Source: Fimicolochytrium jonesii (lineage: Eukaryota). Taken from it: 64,000 nt of DNA. The notes beneath the pieces are model-generated. The model saw only the letters and a program-made list of their open reading frames with translations. It had not been told where the DNA came from and made no database searches. Shown here in pieces: positions 22,918-35,518 of the stretch. Every line of letters starts with the position of its first letter. Position 1 is the first letter of the stretch. The translations under genes and the position numbers were made by a program. The DNA lies in contig NW_026515673.1 in the NCBI RefSeq assembly GCF_025526975.1, forward strand, positions 1-64,000. Reading direction: 5' to 3'.

Positions 22918-25811
22918 ATGCCCTCGCAAACCTCAACACCCGGCACTCCCGCCATACTCACCCCAACCGTGTCAGAAAGCTCCTTCTGTGTCCTGCCCGA
23001 AATAGACTCGCTATCCGGTCTGCCTCACAACCTCCAACAGATTCTGCGGAATTTGCCGTTTTTCCCACGCGACGCCATAAACGCTGAGGTTGTCAGTTCG
23101 GGCATACTTGACGAGTTTCTGACCGAACTCTCGAATGTGGTGCATGTTAGGAGTTTTTGTGCTGGGGATGTGATTACTCAGGAGGGGGAGAAGGCGAGAG
23201 CAATGTTTTTTCTCATTAAGGGTGAGTCGCCCGAGCGTGTGAGGCCGAGGGAGTGCGAGCGGACCGAGCCACATTGCGCCAAAGGCGCGGGATTCCCCTC
23301 ACCGCAACTCTTAAGGAGCCTCAGCGAGCGTCAGAGCTTTTGCGAGCGGAGCGAGCACGACATTGCGCCAAAGGCGCAAGATTCCCCTAACACCATTCTT
23401 AGTGTGAGCGACAGAGAACGGTTGCTATTTTAGACCCCCGTCGTCCTTGATGATGGGTTGATGGATGGTTGATGGTTGATGGTTGATGAGTTGATGGGTT
23501 GTTTGTTGGATGATGGTTTGATGGGTTTGTCGCTCACGCGTTCTTCACTCACCATAGGGATCGTGAAAGTTATCAGTGAGGATGGTGAAATAAATTTTGC
23601 GGAGCTGAGACCTGGTAGTTATTGTAAGTGTCTATCCTTCGGATTCTGAAACTCTTTTTGAGCATGCATCATCTCATGTCAGGAATCTGTTCATAGTCGG
23701 GGAAATCGGGGTACTATTGAACATGAAACGAACGGCAACAGTAGCCGCCAAAACCAAATGCGCGTTGGCCATCGTCACCTCCGAGAATCTGCAGTGCAAA
23801 CTGCAAAAGTACCCGCAGATAGCAGAAATAATACGAGGGCAAGCGAATCAGAGACTGGAAGAGACACGGGCAAAGCAGGAAAAAGCGGGGATACGGCCGG
23901 AAGCGAGGAGTTCGGAAAATTCGGCAGAATCCTTGAAGGTAAGGAGACGGGGGCCGTCCATCAAAGTTAAGGCATTAGTAATGACGCAGAACATCCATCC
24001 AGTTTGAACGAAGCGGATCGTTGCGGGAGCTATCGGCATCACGAGCAGCATCGCGGCGCCAGTCCGGCGATTGCATCGGCATTGTCGGAGTAGACACCGC
24101 CAGGCCGCTACAGCAAAAGCAAGGCCTTGGATCCTGCGACGACTTCTCCATCTCCCCCATCATGATATCGGAAGATCTGCCCGATTTGCAGCCTGCACAC
24201 AGCGGGGTCCAACCCCCGAGCGAGCCGACGGAATCTGCGTCGGAGGGGCTGGGCACTTTACCGTCCAACATGGCGGCGAATTTCGCGAACCGGTATGGTG
24301 GACGCCGGAGAGCGTCTGTCGCGGTGTGGTCCGACGACCGGTTGATGCAGTTCGCTCAATCCGCGAATGACCGGCACGAGGTGTGTGAGAAACACGTCGC
24401 GAAAGTGTCCTCGATCTTAACGCAGGGCAGCACAACCGCAATAGGCATGGACATCTCCCCCGCACTTTCCTCGTCACCATCACCGAACACATCTCAGGAG
24501 TACGGCATCCTCGGCCGGGAAATCATGACCCGCATTCTCGGGTACCTCAACTTCCGGGCGCGGATGCGGATCCGTCTCGTGAGCATGCAGCTGCTCCGCC
24601 TGCTCCTCGACCCGCGCGCGCAACTCACCACCGACGTCGATTTATCACCGTGGCATAAACGCATCGACGATAAGGTGATTGGCAACGTCGTATGCTTTTG
24701 CGGGCAGACTGTCCGTAGCTTGAGTCTGAGGAACTGTTGGAGCGTGTCTGATAAAGGGCTCGCTGCGATCGCTCACTATGCCGGGTCCGGCCTGGAAACG
24801 CTGTCGCTGAACAGCGTATGGGATATAACCGACGCAGGCTTGGCGAGCATGGCGCGGATGTGCGTGCAGCTGCAAACACTGGATCTGAGCAACTGCAGGA
24901 AACTGAGCGACTCCGGCGTGCTCAGCGTTCTGGACGCGTGTCCCAAAATCGAGTGTCTGACGCTATCCTACTGCAAGTTCCTCTCAGATAAAGTGCTGAA
25001 ACACGTCAAATGGAAGGCTCTAAAACGTCTCAACCTCCAGCGATGTACGGGGATCCGCGACGACGGGTTCGCCAACTGGGTCGCGATCGCCTCCCAACCC
25101 TCCCCCGACGAAACAACCAAACAAGACGGGAACCCCACAACAACCGACGGCAGCGACAACGAAGACGACACAACAACATCCCAAACCCAACTCGCCTCCC
25201 AACGCTGCTTCTCCATGCAACTCGACCCCGACCGCATGATAAACGACGAAGAGTCCCGTTGGGGAACCCCTTCCCCGCTCACCGCCTCCCCTGTCCCAAT
25301 AACGGGGTTCGCACTCCAAGAACTCGTCCTCTCAGACTGCTCCTTCCTCACCGACACAACCGTCACCTCCGTCGCGGCATCCTGCCATCGACTCCAATAC
25401 CTCTCTCTCTCCTTCTGTTGCGCGGTCACGGAGGACTTTGCCGATAAATTAGTCAAAGGGTGCCCGGACCTGCGCGCACTGGATATGTCCTTCTGCGGAA
25501 CAGCAGTCACCGACGCCAACCTCCTCAAACTCGCCCAGGGCCTACGCGCACTCGAGCGTCTCTCCATCCGCGGCTGCATCCAAGTAACCGAGCGCGGGAT
25601 CATGTATCTCGCTAGGTACGCGCGGTGTCTGCGGATGCTGAATGTGAGCCAGTGTAAGAATGTGACGGAGGAGAGTGTGAGAAGGACGGGGAAGGGGTGG
25701 CGGTTGTTGACGTGTCAGGGGTTGGTGGATGTGGATGAGGCGGATTTCAGGAACGCGGAGCGGGGGAAGAGGGGGGGACGGAGGGAACGGGCTAGGGCTT
25801 CTACTGCTTGA
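22918..25811 (+). CDS. Cyclic-nucleotide-binding domain + F-box-like + cysteine-containing LRR protein, spliced
   Basis: cNMP motifs GDVITQEGEKARAMFFLIKG, LRPGSY|GEIGVL, KRTATVAA. F-box-like LGREIMTRILGYL. Repeated LxLSxCxxLTD LRRs. Introns at 23222-23557 and ~23624-23697, plus another near 23939. Confidence 0.85.
23254..23388 (+). repeat. Intronic ~47-bp direct repeat with GCGCC-AAA-GGCGC mini-hairpins, followed by (GATGGTT)-like repeats to ~23528
   Basis: 23254-23299 and 23341-23388 share TGCGAGCGGA..GAGC..ACATTGCGCCAAAGGCGC..GATTCCCCT. Confidence 0.75.
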
Positions 25812-26604
25812 GGGGGGGGGCACGAGATTGATGCGGAACGCACCGTCGTCAACTTTCTGCTCTACCGGATCTCGCCAACCTGTCGGGCTGCGGGTCTATC
25901 TCCCGCCCGCCCGCTGAATTCATATCCCTCTCCCCTGGAAACGCATCTCCATGCCCTCTCGCACCAGCCCCAATCCCGCATCCCATCGCTTCTGCGCGCA
26001 CCCGACGTGCTGTATGATTATTCGTCGCCTCCACCATCCCTGGATTATGTTTTGGAATTATGTCTCTTGTGCCCCCTCTAAAATTCGTATTTTTGGGTTT
26101 TTGCTCGCCTGTTTCAACTATGAACGAAATCAACCTCGCAGCGTCGTCACAGCTTTTATCGACATGTCGGCGAAAAACGTCTTTTTTTTTCTTTTCCTTA
26201 TCACGGTATCTAGTGAACGAACCGCTCTCCATGTCTCAACCGCCTTCGAATACACCGCGGGGGCGGGCTGAACGCAAGTTTGCGAAAAAAAAAAAACAAA
26301 AAATGGGAACAATAAAACGGTTGCATCAGCGTATCAGAGAAGCACACAACGAAAATGTAAACAAAGGCATTATGCTAGAAAAAAGCCCGTGCGCCGGTCG
26401 CGAGCGTCCCTAGGCTATGGGAATCTACGGTGAGGAGTCCGGGTCCACTTGTCCTGCGCGTTGTGCCCCCCGGGGGTGTTTCCGGGGGACGTCTGTGTGT
26501 TGTGTGTTATGGGTGACGGGCTCAAAAGGGGTGGGGGGGAAAGTACGGGAACGCCGCATGGGAAACCCGAACCGCCGGGTGATGTGGGGTACGATCTCCT
26601 CAGT

Positions 26605-29424
26605 CTACAGGTGTACGCCGGGATCCTGCAGCTCGGGCAGGTTGTAGTACAGCTTGAGTGAGTCTGGGTTGACGAGTGTTCCACTGTCGGAATATGACGT
26701 TTAGGATGAGTTGCGGTGTGTGTGTGTGTGTGTGGGTCAAAGAGAAGTGTGAGATTGCTGGGGGTGACGTTACCTCGGGATGACGGTTTCGCCCGAGATG
26801 ATGCGTTTGACTGCCACTTCTACTTTCTTGCCGTTGACCGTGTGCTGCGTAACCAGGGAGGGGGGGGCGAGTGAGTGGGGGGCTCACGAATGTATAGATG
26901 GCTGTTTGGGGTGTAGGTTACGTACCGGGATATCAGCGATGGGCATGATGACTGCGGGGACGTGTCTACAACCAATGCAAAGTAAGTGCCACCAATCCAG
27001 TGCAATCCAATCAATCCCGCAATGAAACCCCGGGGGGAAAAGCCCGCGTACCTAGCCGACAACCGGGTCCTAATAGCGGTCTTGATCCTCTCCACAATCT
27101 TGTCATCAAACACCTCCCCCTCCTTCATCTTACAGAACAGAATCACGCGTTCGTCCTCGCCCCGCTTCTGGCCCACCACAAGGGTATCCGCCAGCTGCGG
27201 GAACTCATCCAGGATGTTGTACAGCTCCGCGGAGCCGAACCGCACGCCCGCCGGGTTCAGGGTCCCGTCGGACCGGCCGAGCATGGTGACTCCGCCCGTC
27301 TTTGCGTTAACGTAGACAAAGTCGCCGTGGTACCATACGCCGGGGAAGCGGGCGAAATAGGCCGAGTGGTATTTCTCGTTGTTGGGGTCGTTCCAGAAGT
27401 AGACGGGCATGACGGGGAAGGGTTTCGTGCAGACCAGGTCGCCCGCGTCGTTTGTGATGTTTTTGCCAGAGTCGTCCCAGGATTCGATCGCCATCCCGAG
27501 ACATCGGCACTGGATCTCGCCGCGGTACACGGGGAGGGCGGCGTTGTGGCCTGCGAAGAGGGAGACGATGTCGGTTCCGCCGGTGATGGAGCCGAGGAGG
27601 AGATCTTTTTTGATGTGGGTGTACACGTAGTCGAAGGATTCGGGCTTGAGGGGGGAGCCGGTGGAGTAGATGGTGCGGAGGTGCGTGAGCTTGTGGGTTA
27701 TTATGGGGGTTAGGCGGGATTCTTGGAGGGATTGGATGTACTTTGCGGAGGTTCCAAACACTGTGATGTTGAGCTCGTCGACTAGATTCCAGAGGCGGGC
27801 TGGGGTTGGTTTGAAGGGGCTGCCGTCGTAGAGCACGATAGTGGCGCCGGCGGCAAGACCGCTGATGAGCCAGTTCCACATCATCCAGCCGGTGGTTGTG
27901 TAGTAAAAGTAAACGTCCTTTTCGCTCAGATCTCCATGGATCACATGCTCTTTCAGGTGTTGAATCAAGACACCACCGGCGGAGTGCACGATGCATTTGG
28001 GTTTCCCGGTAGTTCCAGAACTGAAAAGGATGGCGAGAGGGTGGTCAAAGGGTAATTGCTCAAATTCCAGTTTGCGGCCGTCGTCGTTTTTCAGGAATTC
28101 GGCAAAGGTTTCACTGCATTTGGAACCTGTTAGCTCTATGTGGACCTTCCATAAAAGAGATATGATGCGTACCCATGGCGAATGGAAGCGGCATCGAACG
28201 GGCGGTCCACAAACGGCACAATGACCACCTTTTCCAGACCTTCTAAGCCTGACGGATGGGAACAAAAGGGTGAGCTTCATGGTACAAGAATCGCTCAAAC
28301 AAATGTTCCAAGTCTACTCTACCATTGACGACCTCGGTAAGCTTCTCCAAATGATCATGCGCCTTGCCATTGTACATGACAGCATTCACAGAAAACAAAA
28401 TCTTGGGCTTGATCTGCGTGAACCGTTCCAGCACACCGGTCGTTCCGAAATCGGGCGACGTGGACGACCAGATGGCTCCTATGCTGACAGCCGCAAGGAA
28501 TATGATGACCTGGGGAGGTTGATATGTCAGAAACGACGCCCGTCGGAGAGTGAGAGGGAGGGAGGGATGCGGGTCATACCGTTTCCGGACAGTTGGGCAG
28601 GTATCCCGCGATCCGGTCGCCGGCGGTGACGCCCAGTTTGCGCATCGCTGCCGCACAGGCACGGACATGCTCGTGCAGTTGTGCGTAGGTGATCCTTGTC
28701 AACGCTTCGCCTTCCCCTATTCAGTTTTCCGTGACGCGCATCAGCAACAGTTGAGCCCAATTTCGGCAAGTCAGTCGGCATTGGGCATGCGTACCTGCTC
28801 CAATAAGCGCAACATGGTCGTCTGATCTAACGAGCATGTTTTCCGCAAAGTTCAACCGCGCGCCCTGTAAAACCAAAACGTTGAGTGAGCGATGCAATGC
28901 TCGCGAACCTCAAGCATTCTCCTCGCTCCGCTCAGTCCCAGCACCCCGCTTCACTCTCCCCAGTCCACCTACCATAAACCACTTCGGTATCTTATTCATC
29001 GGAACACCCTTCTCCAAGATCTACGCATTCACCAAACCAGCGTTTCAATCAGTCATCATTCCCCAAAATCCGCGGTAACAGCATAAAAGCATAATCCTCC
29101 TCCTCTCCTCTGCGCGTCTTTCTTTACCTGCTCGTACCCGACCGAACTCTTGATCCCGCAAAACTCCCACACGTCCGCCCAGAACTGCTCATGCTCGGTC
29201 ACGGACCATTTCCAGAGGCCCTCGTAGTTGCCTAATCAACCAACCAAAAAGAAAACCTTAGTTAGTGTGCCCTTTCATTTTTGGTAATTGGGTGAGTCCC
29301 GGAGACAGTTACCGAGTGAGACGTGATGCTTCTTCTCGACAAAGGTGCGAAACCGCTCCATGTTTGTGTTTTCCGGGTGTGCGGGTTTCCAGAGCATGGC
29401 TGGTTGGGTTAACGGGGCGGACAT
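26605..29424 (-). CDS. AACS: Acetoacetyl-CoA synthetase (acetoacetate-CoA ligase), multi-exon
   Basis: [86 protein letters not shown]. Confidence 0.92.
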
Positions 29425-30066
29425 TTTGGGGTCTGCTGGTGGTTGTGGTTGTGATTGTGGTTGGGCGCTGAGCATTGGGTTGGTTGGGTTGCGAGGGAGG
29501 GAGGGTGTGGAGGGTCAATGGGTGCGGGTGGGTGGAAGTGGACGGCAAGCTGCGACGAGAGAAGGAGAGAGAGCCTACATACCTTTTGAACCTTCTTTTC
29601 TACGGAGGGGGCCAGCTGTTGTGCTGACGGAGAGCGAGGGCGGTTTATGCGAGGGACAGGCGAGGGACACGGTTGCGTAGGATAATAGGATTCCCCGTTC
29701 TAGCAGCGACGGGGTCAGGCTACCTACGTACAGGTGGAGCGTGTGTGGCCCCCATCTGACGTCGCGCCCCAGTGGGACTCCCCGCCTTAGACCGCGTCAG
29801 TCACGCGTTGTCCACACCCACTCACAAAGGGGAGAGAGCGCAGGTCCGACAAAAGAGTACACGTCTCCGCTATCCAGCAGTCAGCATATCCCGAGTGCAA
29901 GATTCTATAATGATTTAAAATAAAAGAAACCCCTGTCTGGTACTACCGTAGACACAGATACTATAAAAAAGAAGAAGCAAAGCACCCGACTTTAAATGGG
30001 CAAAGACACACAAGGGTGGACCTAAACAGACCGTGTGTGTCCCAAGCATCCATCACACACAGCACC

Positions 30067-31017
30067 CTACAACTTCGCCCCAGCCTTCTTCTGATTCGGC
30101 GCAACCGGCGCATTCCCCTTGTCATCCCCCCTCGGCACCCCCAAATCAATCAGCTTCTCAAACGCTGCCGCAAAGTCTTTGAAGAACACATCCTTGTCCT
30201 GCGCGTACTCTTTAGCAATCTTGGCGAATTCAGGGTCGCGGATCACGGCCATGTCTGCGGGAAGCATCATCAGCTCGTCGTCTTCGTCGGTGTATTGAAC
30301 CGGGCCGTCCCATTCTTTTTTGCGCCAGGTGAGGCCGGTGAGGAGCTTGAAGTATTGGTTGGAGAAGCGGGTGGGTGTGTGTGTCCATGCTGTGAATAGG
30401 AAGGGGGCGACTATGAGCACCGGTTCGCGCACACAAGGGTAAGCACACAACCATCCAAAAAGTGCAGTTTACTCACGTCCTTCGTAACCAGAACGGTCGG
30501 CATGGCACCTCCCCAAAGCATGGGCTCCGACAAGCGCAACAATCTCCCTGTCGTCGAACCCCATCCGGTAAAAGATCTGCCTGACATGGTCCTGCCCCAG
30601 GGCAGCATCAGGCAACCTTCCATTTGGCGGGACATCGTGCGCAGTCAATTTCTTAGGGTCCTTGTCGGACCTTCCGGGCTTCCAGTTGATGGTAGGCCCA
30701 CCCATCTCCTCAATCGCCGTGGCACCCGCAAGCGTCCACAGGTCAGCGTACGAGATCCACGGGTGTTTCTGCTTGATGGGCTCCAGGAAGGCGCGGGCGT
30801 GCTCCAAGCCGGCGTTGGCGCCGTCTGCTACCTCCGGGTCGAAACGCATCGTGGCGCCGTTGGAACCGCCCGTGCGTGTCTTTTTGTCGTAGGTGCCCGA
30901 GGCGTGCCATGCGAGGCGGACAAAGATGGGGCCGAGGGAACCGTCATCGTAGTCGGGCTTGTCGAGGATGGACGCAATGTCCTTCTTTACGGCGGCGTAG
31001 TCTCCTTTGGGGCTCAT
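30067..31017 (-). CDS. Class I heme peroxidase (cytochrome c peroxidase 2-like) with C-terminal PTS1 (-AKL); one intron ~30391-30477
   Basis: [54 protein letters not shown]. Ends GAKL. Confidence 0.92.
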
Positions 31018-32040
31018 GGTTGTGATAGTTCTAGCTAACGCGATAGGTAGGGGGAAGAAGAGGAGGTTGGAATTGAGTTGGTCGGAAAATACGTGGAGAA
31101 TGGAGACTGCCTTCTCCGCTTTTGACCGTGCAATACGGCTTAAATTTCGCGGTCCTCCAACCACCGTATCGCCGGTTGTTATTGTGCCGTTATGCCGTAT
31201 ATAGCAGGTACTGCCTTTTACTGCTGTTTTCCGCCTTTCTGTTTTTAGCTTCCCACGCGAGATGTTTACGCTCCTTCCCCCCGTATGGCGAACCGAATAC
31301 TAGAGCCTCCCTCGTCCAGCCCCCGCCTACTTCTGTCGTCTGCACCTACACATGGCCGAGCGATCTCTCCTCTCGTCAACTTACCTTTTGTTGCGAGTAC
31401 TTTTTGGCAAAAGCGAGCGGGGGGCTCTTTCGGGGGGTCTTAACTTGAATGAGTCCCTCGCGAGAATCCGGAAGCTGCTCCCGGAGAGAGAGAGAGAACG
31501 AGTGCTGTGCCCTTGTGACTGGTGTAACAGCGCCGTTTAATAATCCCGCTCGGCTGTTTGTAACGGCGTGTGCCTTTCACATGTCAGGCGGTGCAGATAA
31601 AACAGACGCGCACGTGATCCGCGAATAAACTTCCGTAAACAGCCCATAGGAGAGCCCCCTCTGGAGAGCAATCTTGCCCCGTCGTGAACCCACTCAACGT
31701 TAACCGTCTCCGTGAATCCGTCGAATTCTGAGCACAAACCTTTTCGATCTTGGCAAACCGGGCGGCGAGGGTCGGCTCGTTCGCCACTCATTTCCGAACA
31801 GTTTCTGTTGGAGGCGCTGAACCTAGAGGAACGGAGTGGATGAAACGAATGTGTATTTGCATGGAATCCATTGCGGTACATAGGATATGTATGTGATGCC
31901 GTGATGCTAATGATGTAAACTGATATCTATACGTGGAACATATCCAGACTATGTTCCAGCAAATGAAGGGTGATGATGATGACGTCTATGTAAGTCTACG
32001 GGCCCTGGAAAACCCTCTAACAGCCTTCCCCTCGACTAGC

Positions 32041-32853
32041 TCAGTACCAAACGTTGACGTCCACGTTAGCGGGCAGCCAGAAGTCTCCGTTGGGGGTCGA
32101 GTACTTTGCCGTGTACGACACATGGGGGTCGTGCTGACCATTGGCCGCAACGTCACGGGTCGGGATCGCAAAGGTGAACAGATGTTCCTTGATATCCCAC
32201 TTCTGTGCCGGGGTGTCTTTCCACGTCTTCCAGCCGTCCGCGGACCACCGCACAGTGAGGCTCTCCGGGCGGACGTCCTGGCCGTCAAACACCCACGCAC
32301 GGACCGCGCCGTGGAGGACGACCTTCCCGTTCTCGCTCTCGACCTTGCCGCCGATCGCCGCGATGGGCTTGGCGGGCGTGCCCTGTGCAAGACTGCCGTA
32401 GTTATTGACGGGATCCCACACGCGGGGCGCCGCGTCGAAGGAGGCGTAGGCCGAGAGGGAAAAGTCGTAGAAGCGGTTCCCGTCGCCGAACGCGTACGCG
32501 TTGTCGCCGGCGTCGATGTTGAGGTTCCACAGCTCGAAGCCGTTGTCGAGCGCGCGGACGTAGGCGGCCGCGGTCTCGTTGTTGGAGGCCCAGTTGTCCT
32601 TGGTCCAGCGGACGCCGACGGTCTTCTTGTACGCCTTGTTGCGGACCGCGACGTCGACGGAGATCTTGTAGGCGTGCACGCAGGTGTAGCGGAAGCAGGA
32701 GACGGTGGTGTCGTCGACGGTGGATTTGACGATGGACACGTCGGCGTCGGGGCGCACGTTGTACGGGTAGTCGAAGGCGGCGGCGGGCGCGGCGGACACG
32801 GCCGAGGCGAGGAGGGCCGCGGCACACGCGAAGACCTTGGTGGAGATGAACAT
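32041..32853 (-). CDS. Secreted CBM21-like starch-binding protein (two modules)
   Basis: Signal peptide MFISTKVFACAAALLASAVSA. VAVRNKAYKKTVGVRWTKDNW, FELW, WDPVNNY; second module TVRWSADGWKTW. TATAAAA upstream. Confidence 0.8.
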   Translation of the reverse strand: MFISTKVFACAAALLASAVSAAPAAAFDYPYNVRPDADVSIVKSTVDDTTVSCFRYTCVHAYKISVDVAVRNKAYKKTVGVRWTKDNWASNNETAAAYVRALDNGFELWNLNIDAGDNAYAFGDGNRFYDFSLSAYASFDAAPRVWDPVNNYGSLAQGTPAKPIAAIGGKVESENGKVVLHGAVRAWVFDGQDVRPESLTVRWSADGWKTWKDTPAQKWDIKEHLFTFAIPTRDVAANGQHDPHVSYTAKYSTPNGDFWLPANVDVNVWY

Positions 32854-34690
32854 CGTGGAGGGGTTGTTGGGTGGCGTAGGGTGGTGTTTGGGGGTGGGCG
32901 AGATGTTGGAAAAGGGGAGAGGCACACCCTCTCCCTCCTTTTATAGCCCGGAAATGTCTTTCGCCTTCCCACGTACACTTCCAGCGGCGGCACTGCACTC
33001 ACCGGAACGCATCGATGGACCGGCAGCACTCAACGTGCTCTACGAGTATCTCACCCCATCATCTGCATACTCCTTCTCCCAACCCCGCCGTTCTCTCCAT
33101 ATCGTATGCATATCATCCTTTTCTTTTCCTTCCGCACACCTCATCGATCTCCTTGTAGCACCGCAACGCCATTCAGTTATGACCGCCGCTTCAGCTGCGA
33201 AGTTCAAGCCCCAGATATCCAGTCCGCCCGTAGCCGCCGTCATTCACGCCGCCCCATCATCTACGCGGGCGTTATCGATGAGAATGGCGTAGCATGTTCG
33301 GGCATCCTACACCAGAGTGGAAACCATTCTTTGTTTGCAAATGTATTTTGGTGTATAAATTGGCGCTCGTTCGGGCACAAAAAAATGTTGTCCACTCTGG
33401 TGTAGGGAACCCCCGCTCTGAAGGCCACGCCGCCACTACTCAACGGGGGCGTCCCAGACACGAACGACGAGCGAGGGGAACACGTTCATCGTCGTACGCA
33501 GCTGGTGGGGGTGTGCACCGACGAACTACTGTACCTGTTCTCGCTCCTAAGCGCAGGACGAAAACAAAAAAAAATGGAACAGTGTACTCACCGACGATTC
33601 CGGACAATCTTGCACACCGTCCCCGGATCTCCCAGGATCTCCCTATTCTCATAACCGCCTAGCACGCCGCAATGGTCATTCCACATCACCATCCACCCCC
33701 GAAGACCGCCCCGTGATATCCGCACAACTCCGTTCTTTTAATGAGCGTAATTTGACGACTGGGAGGTTGGCGCCATGTCGCCATTTCGTGATGAATGTTG
33801 ATTATGCCGAACTGAATCGGGCGGGGGTGGCATGAATGCCCCCATTTTTTCCGAGGGGGCCGCCCCGATGAGGGTGGGGATCGGGGGTGAGGCTTGCGGC
33901 GCGGGCGGGCTACTACTAATCTCCAAGCCGTCGAACGCCTACGCACGCTCGAAAGTCGTCCGGGCGGGGCGCACGGTCGGCGGTAGGCGCCCCCAACCGC
34001 CCATCTCTGCTGATAATCATCTCCGCTGGTCGATATGGAGATCGAGGCTTTGCGGCTCCGGAAACGCGGCAGGTCTCGAAGCGCAGCCTGGCCTATTTAT
34101 CGATGGCTCCGCAACACCTTTATGGTCGGAGGTGATTGATTGCTGATTACGAGCGAACGCGTCCAACTTTTCTTTTTTTTTGGGGTGACGGACAACGCGC
34201 CGACGCGACCCCGACACGCCTGCTTTCTGCGCACCCATTCAGCAGAAACCATTATTGCCGAGACGTTCAAGAACGTCTCGATGACTTGCGAAAGGGCGCA
34301 GGATGGGAGACGGCCCGTGCGCTCGTCCCCCCCTCTGCTATGCTCGATGGGTGTGTCCTTTCCCTCGATGGCGGTCGGTTGCTCGAGTCTGTGATGGATT
34401 CAACGACAAAGCCAGCGGGGCTCGCATCAAATGGGGTGGGAGATTCCCAAAGTATGTCCTTTTTTTGACCAGTGATATATATGCAGAGCTATGTACAGAG
34501 GGTGTGGGTGGGGTGTATTTACAAGACCCGTCCAGTGGGAATGCGTAGAATGTACAGATATGGCCGCGGTCTCTTGAAGAGTCGGACGGGGGTAAAAAGC
34601 GCTGGACAGATGTGAAAGGAAGGAGATGGGGGGGAGGCTTTACAACTATGTTACATTTGAGGGGGTGGGGGTGAGGTAAGGAGGAGGAAT

Positions 34691-35518
34691 CTACTCGTCA
34701 TCCTCGTCCTCGTCGTCGGCGTCGTCGGCCTCGGCCTCTTGGCGGGTTTCGAGCGCGGCGGCGGTTTCGGCGTTGGTTGCGGCTTCACCGGCGGCGGGTG
34801 CGGCGACTTCACCAGCGGCGGGTGCTGCGACTTCACCACCAGCCGCAGGGGCAGCCGTAGCAGCAGCTGTCTCAGCGCCCGCAGCGGTAGCCGTAGCCGC
34901 CCCCTGGGTAACGGGCACACACCCACCAAACGGACCCGCCCTCGCGGGGTTCCTGCACCTCACGAGACACATATTGCCGGCGGCGCCACCGGCACACTTC
35001 AACGCGGCGGGCATCTGCACGACCAGCGGCTGGTCGGTCAGCTGCGTGGCGCGGTTGTTGCCGCGCCGGCCGGGGAGGTTGGTGGTGATCTGCGCGGCCT
35101 GGAAGTTGTCGCCCGTGCCGCTCTGGTCGACCTCGCATGTGTATGGGCCGGCTCCGTCGCCGTTGATCTGGTGCACGGTCAGTTCGAGCGGTTGCCCCGC
35201 GGCGACTTCGGGGAGCCCCCCGAGTTCCTGCGTGAGCGCCGCGACGCCGGCGGCGATGTCGTTGGTCCCGCCGGCGAGCGTGCGGCCGCAGGCGGATGCT
35301 CTACCGGAGGCAATGTCGCGGTCGCGGATGATGGAGGTGTCTTGTTGGAAGGGGTTGCGGCCTTTGCCGTCGCGGGGGGTGGCGGGATCTATGCCGAGGG
35401 CGCGGCCGGCGGGGCCAGCGACGCCTTTCGCGCCGATGATGGCGCCGTGGGCTGCGACGTGGGTGATGGTGAGCGCGCAGAAGGCGGTGAGAGAGAGGGC
35501 TGCTGATGCGAACTTCAT
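34691..35518 (-). CDS. Secreted Egh16/GAS1-like (DUF3129) protein with Ala/Glu-rich repeat tail
   Basis: Signal peptide then HG. PRDG...NPFQQDTSII, CGRT, HQINGDGAGPY, C.VRCRNPARAGPFGGC. Confidence 0.88.
   Translation of the reverse strand: MKFASAALSLTAFCALTITHVAAHGAIIGAKGVAGPAGRALGIDPATPRDGKGRNPFQQDTSIIRDRDIASGRASACGRTLAGGTNDIAAGVAALTQELGGLPEVAAGQPLELTVHQINGDGAGPYTCEVDQSGTGDNFQAAQITTNLPGRRGNNRATQLTDQPLVVQMPAALKCAGGAAGNMCLVRCRNPARAGPFGGCVPVTQGAATATAAGAETAAATAAPAAGGEVAAPAAGEVAAPAAGEAATNAETAAALETRQEAEADDADDEDEDDE

Noticed and set aside
31933..33029. Overlapping 337-aa and 347-aa ORFs
   Set aside because: Alternative-frame or antisense shadows of the GC-rich CBM21 gene.
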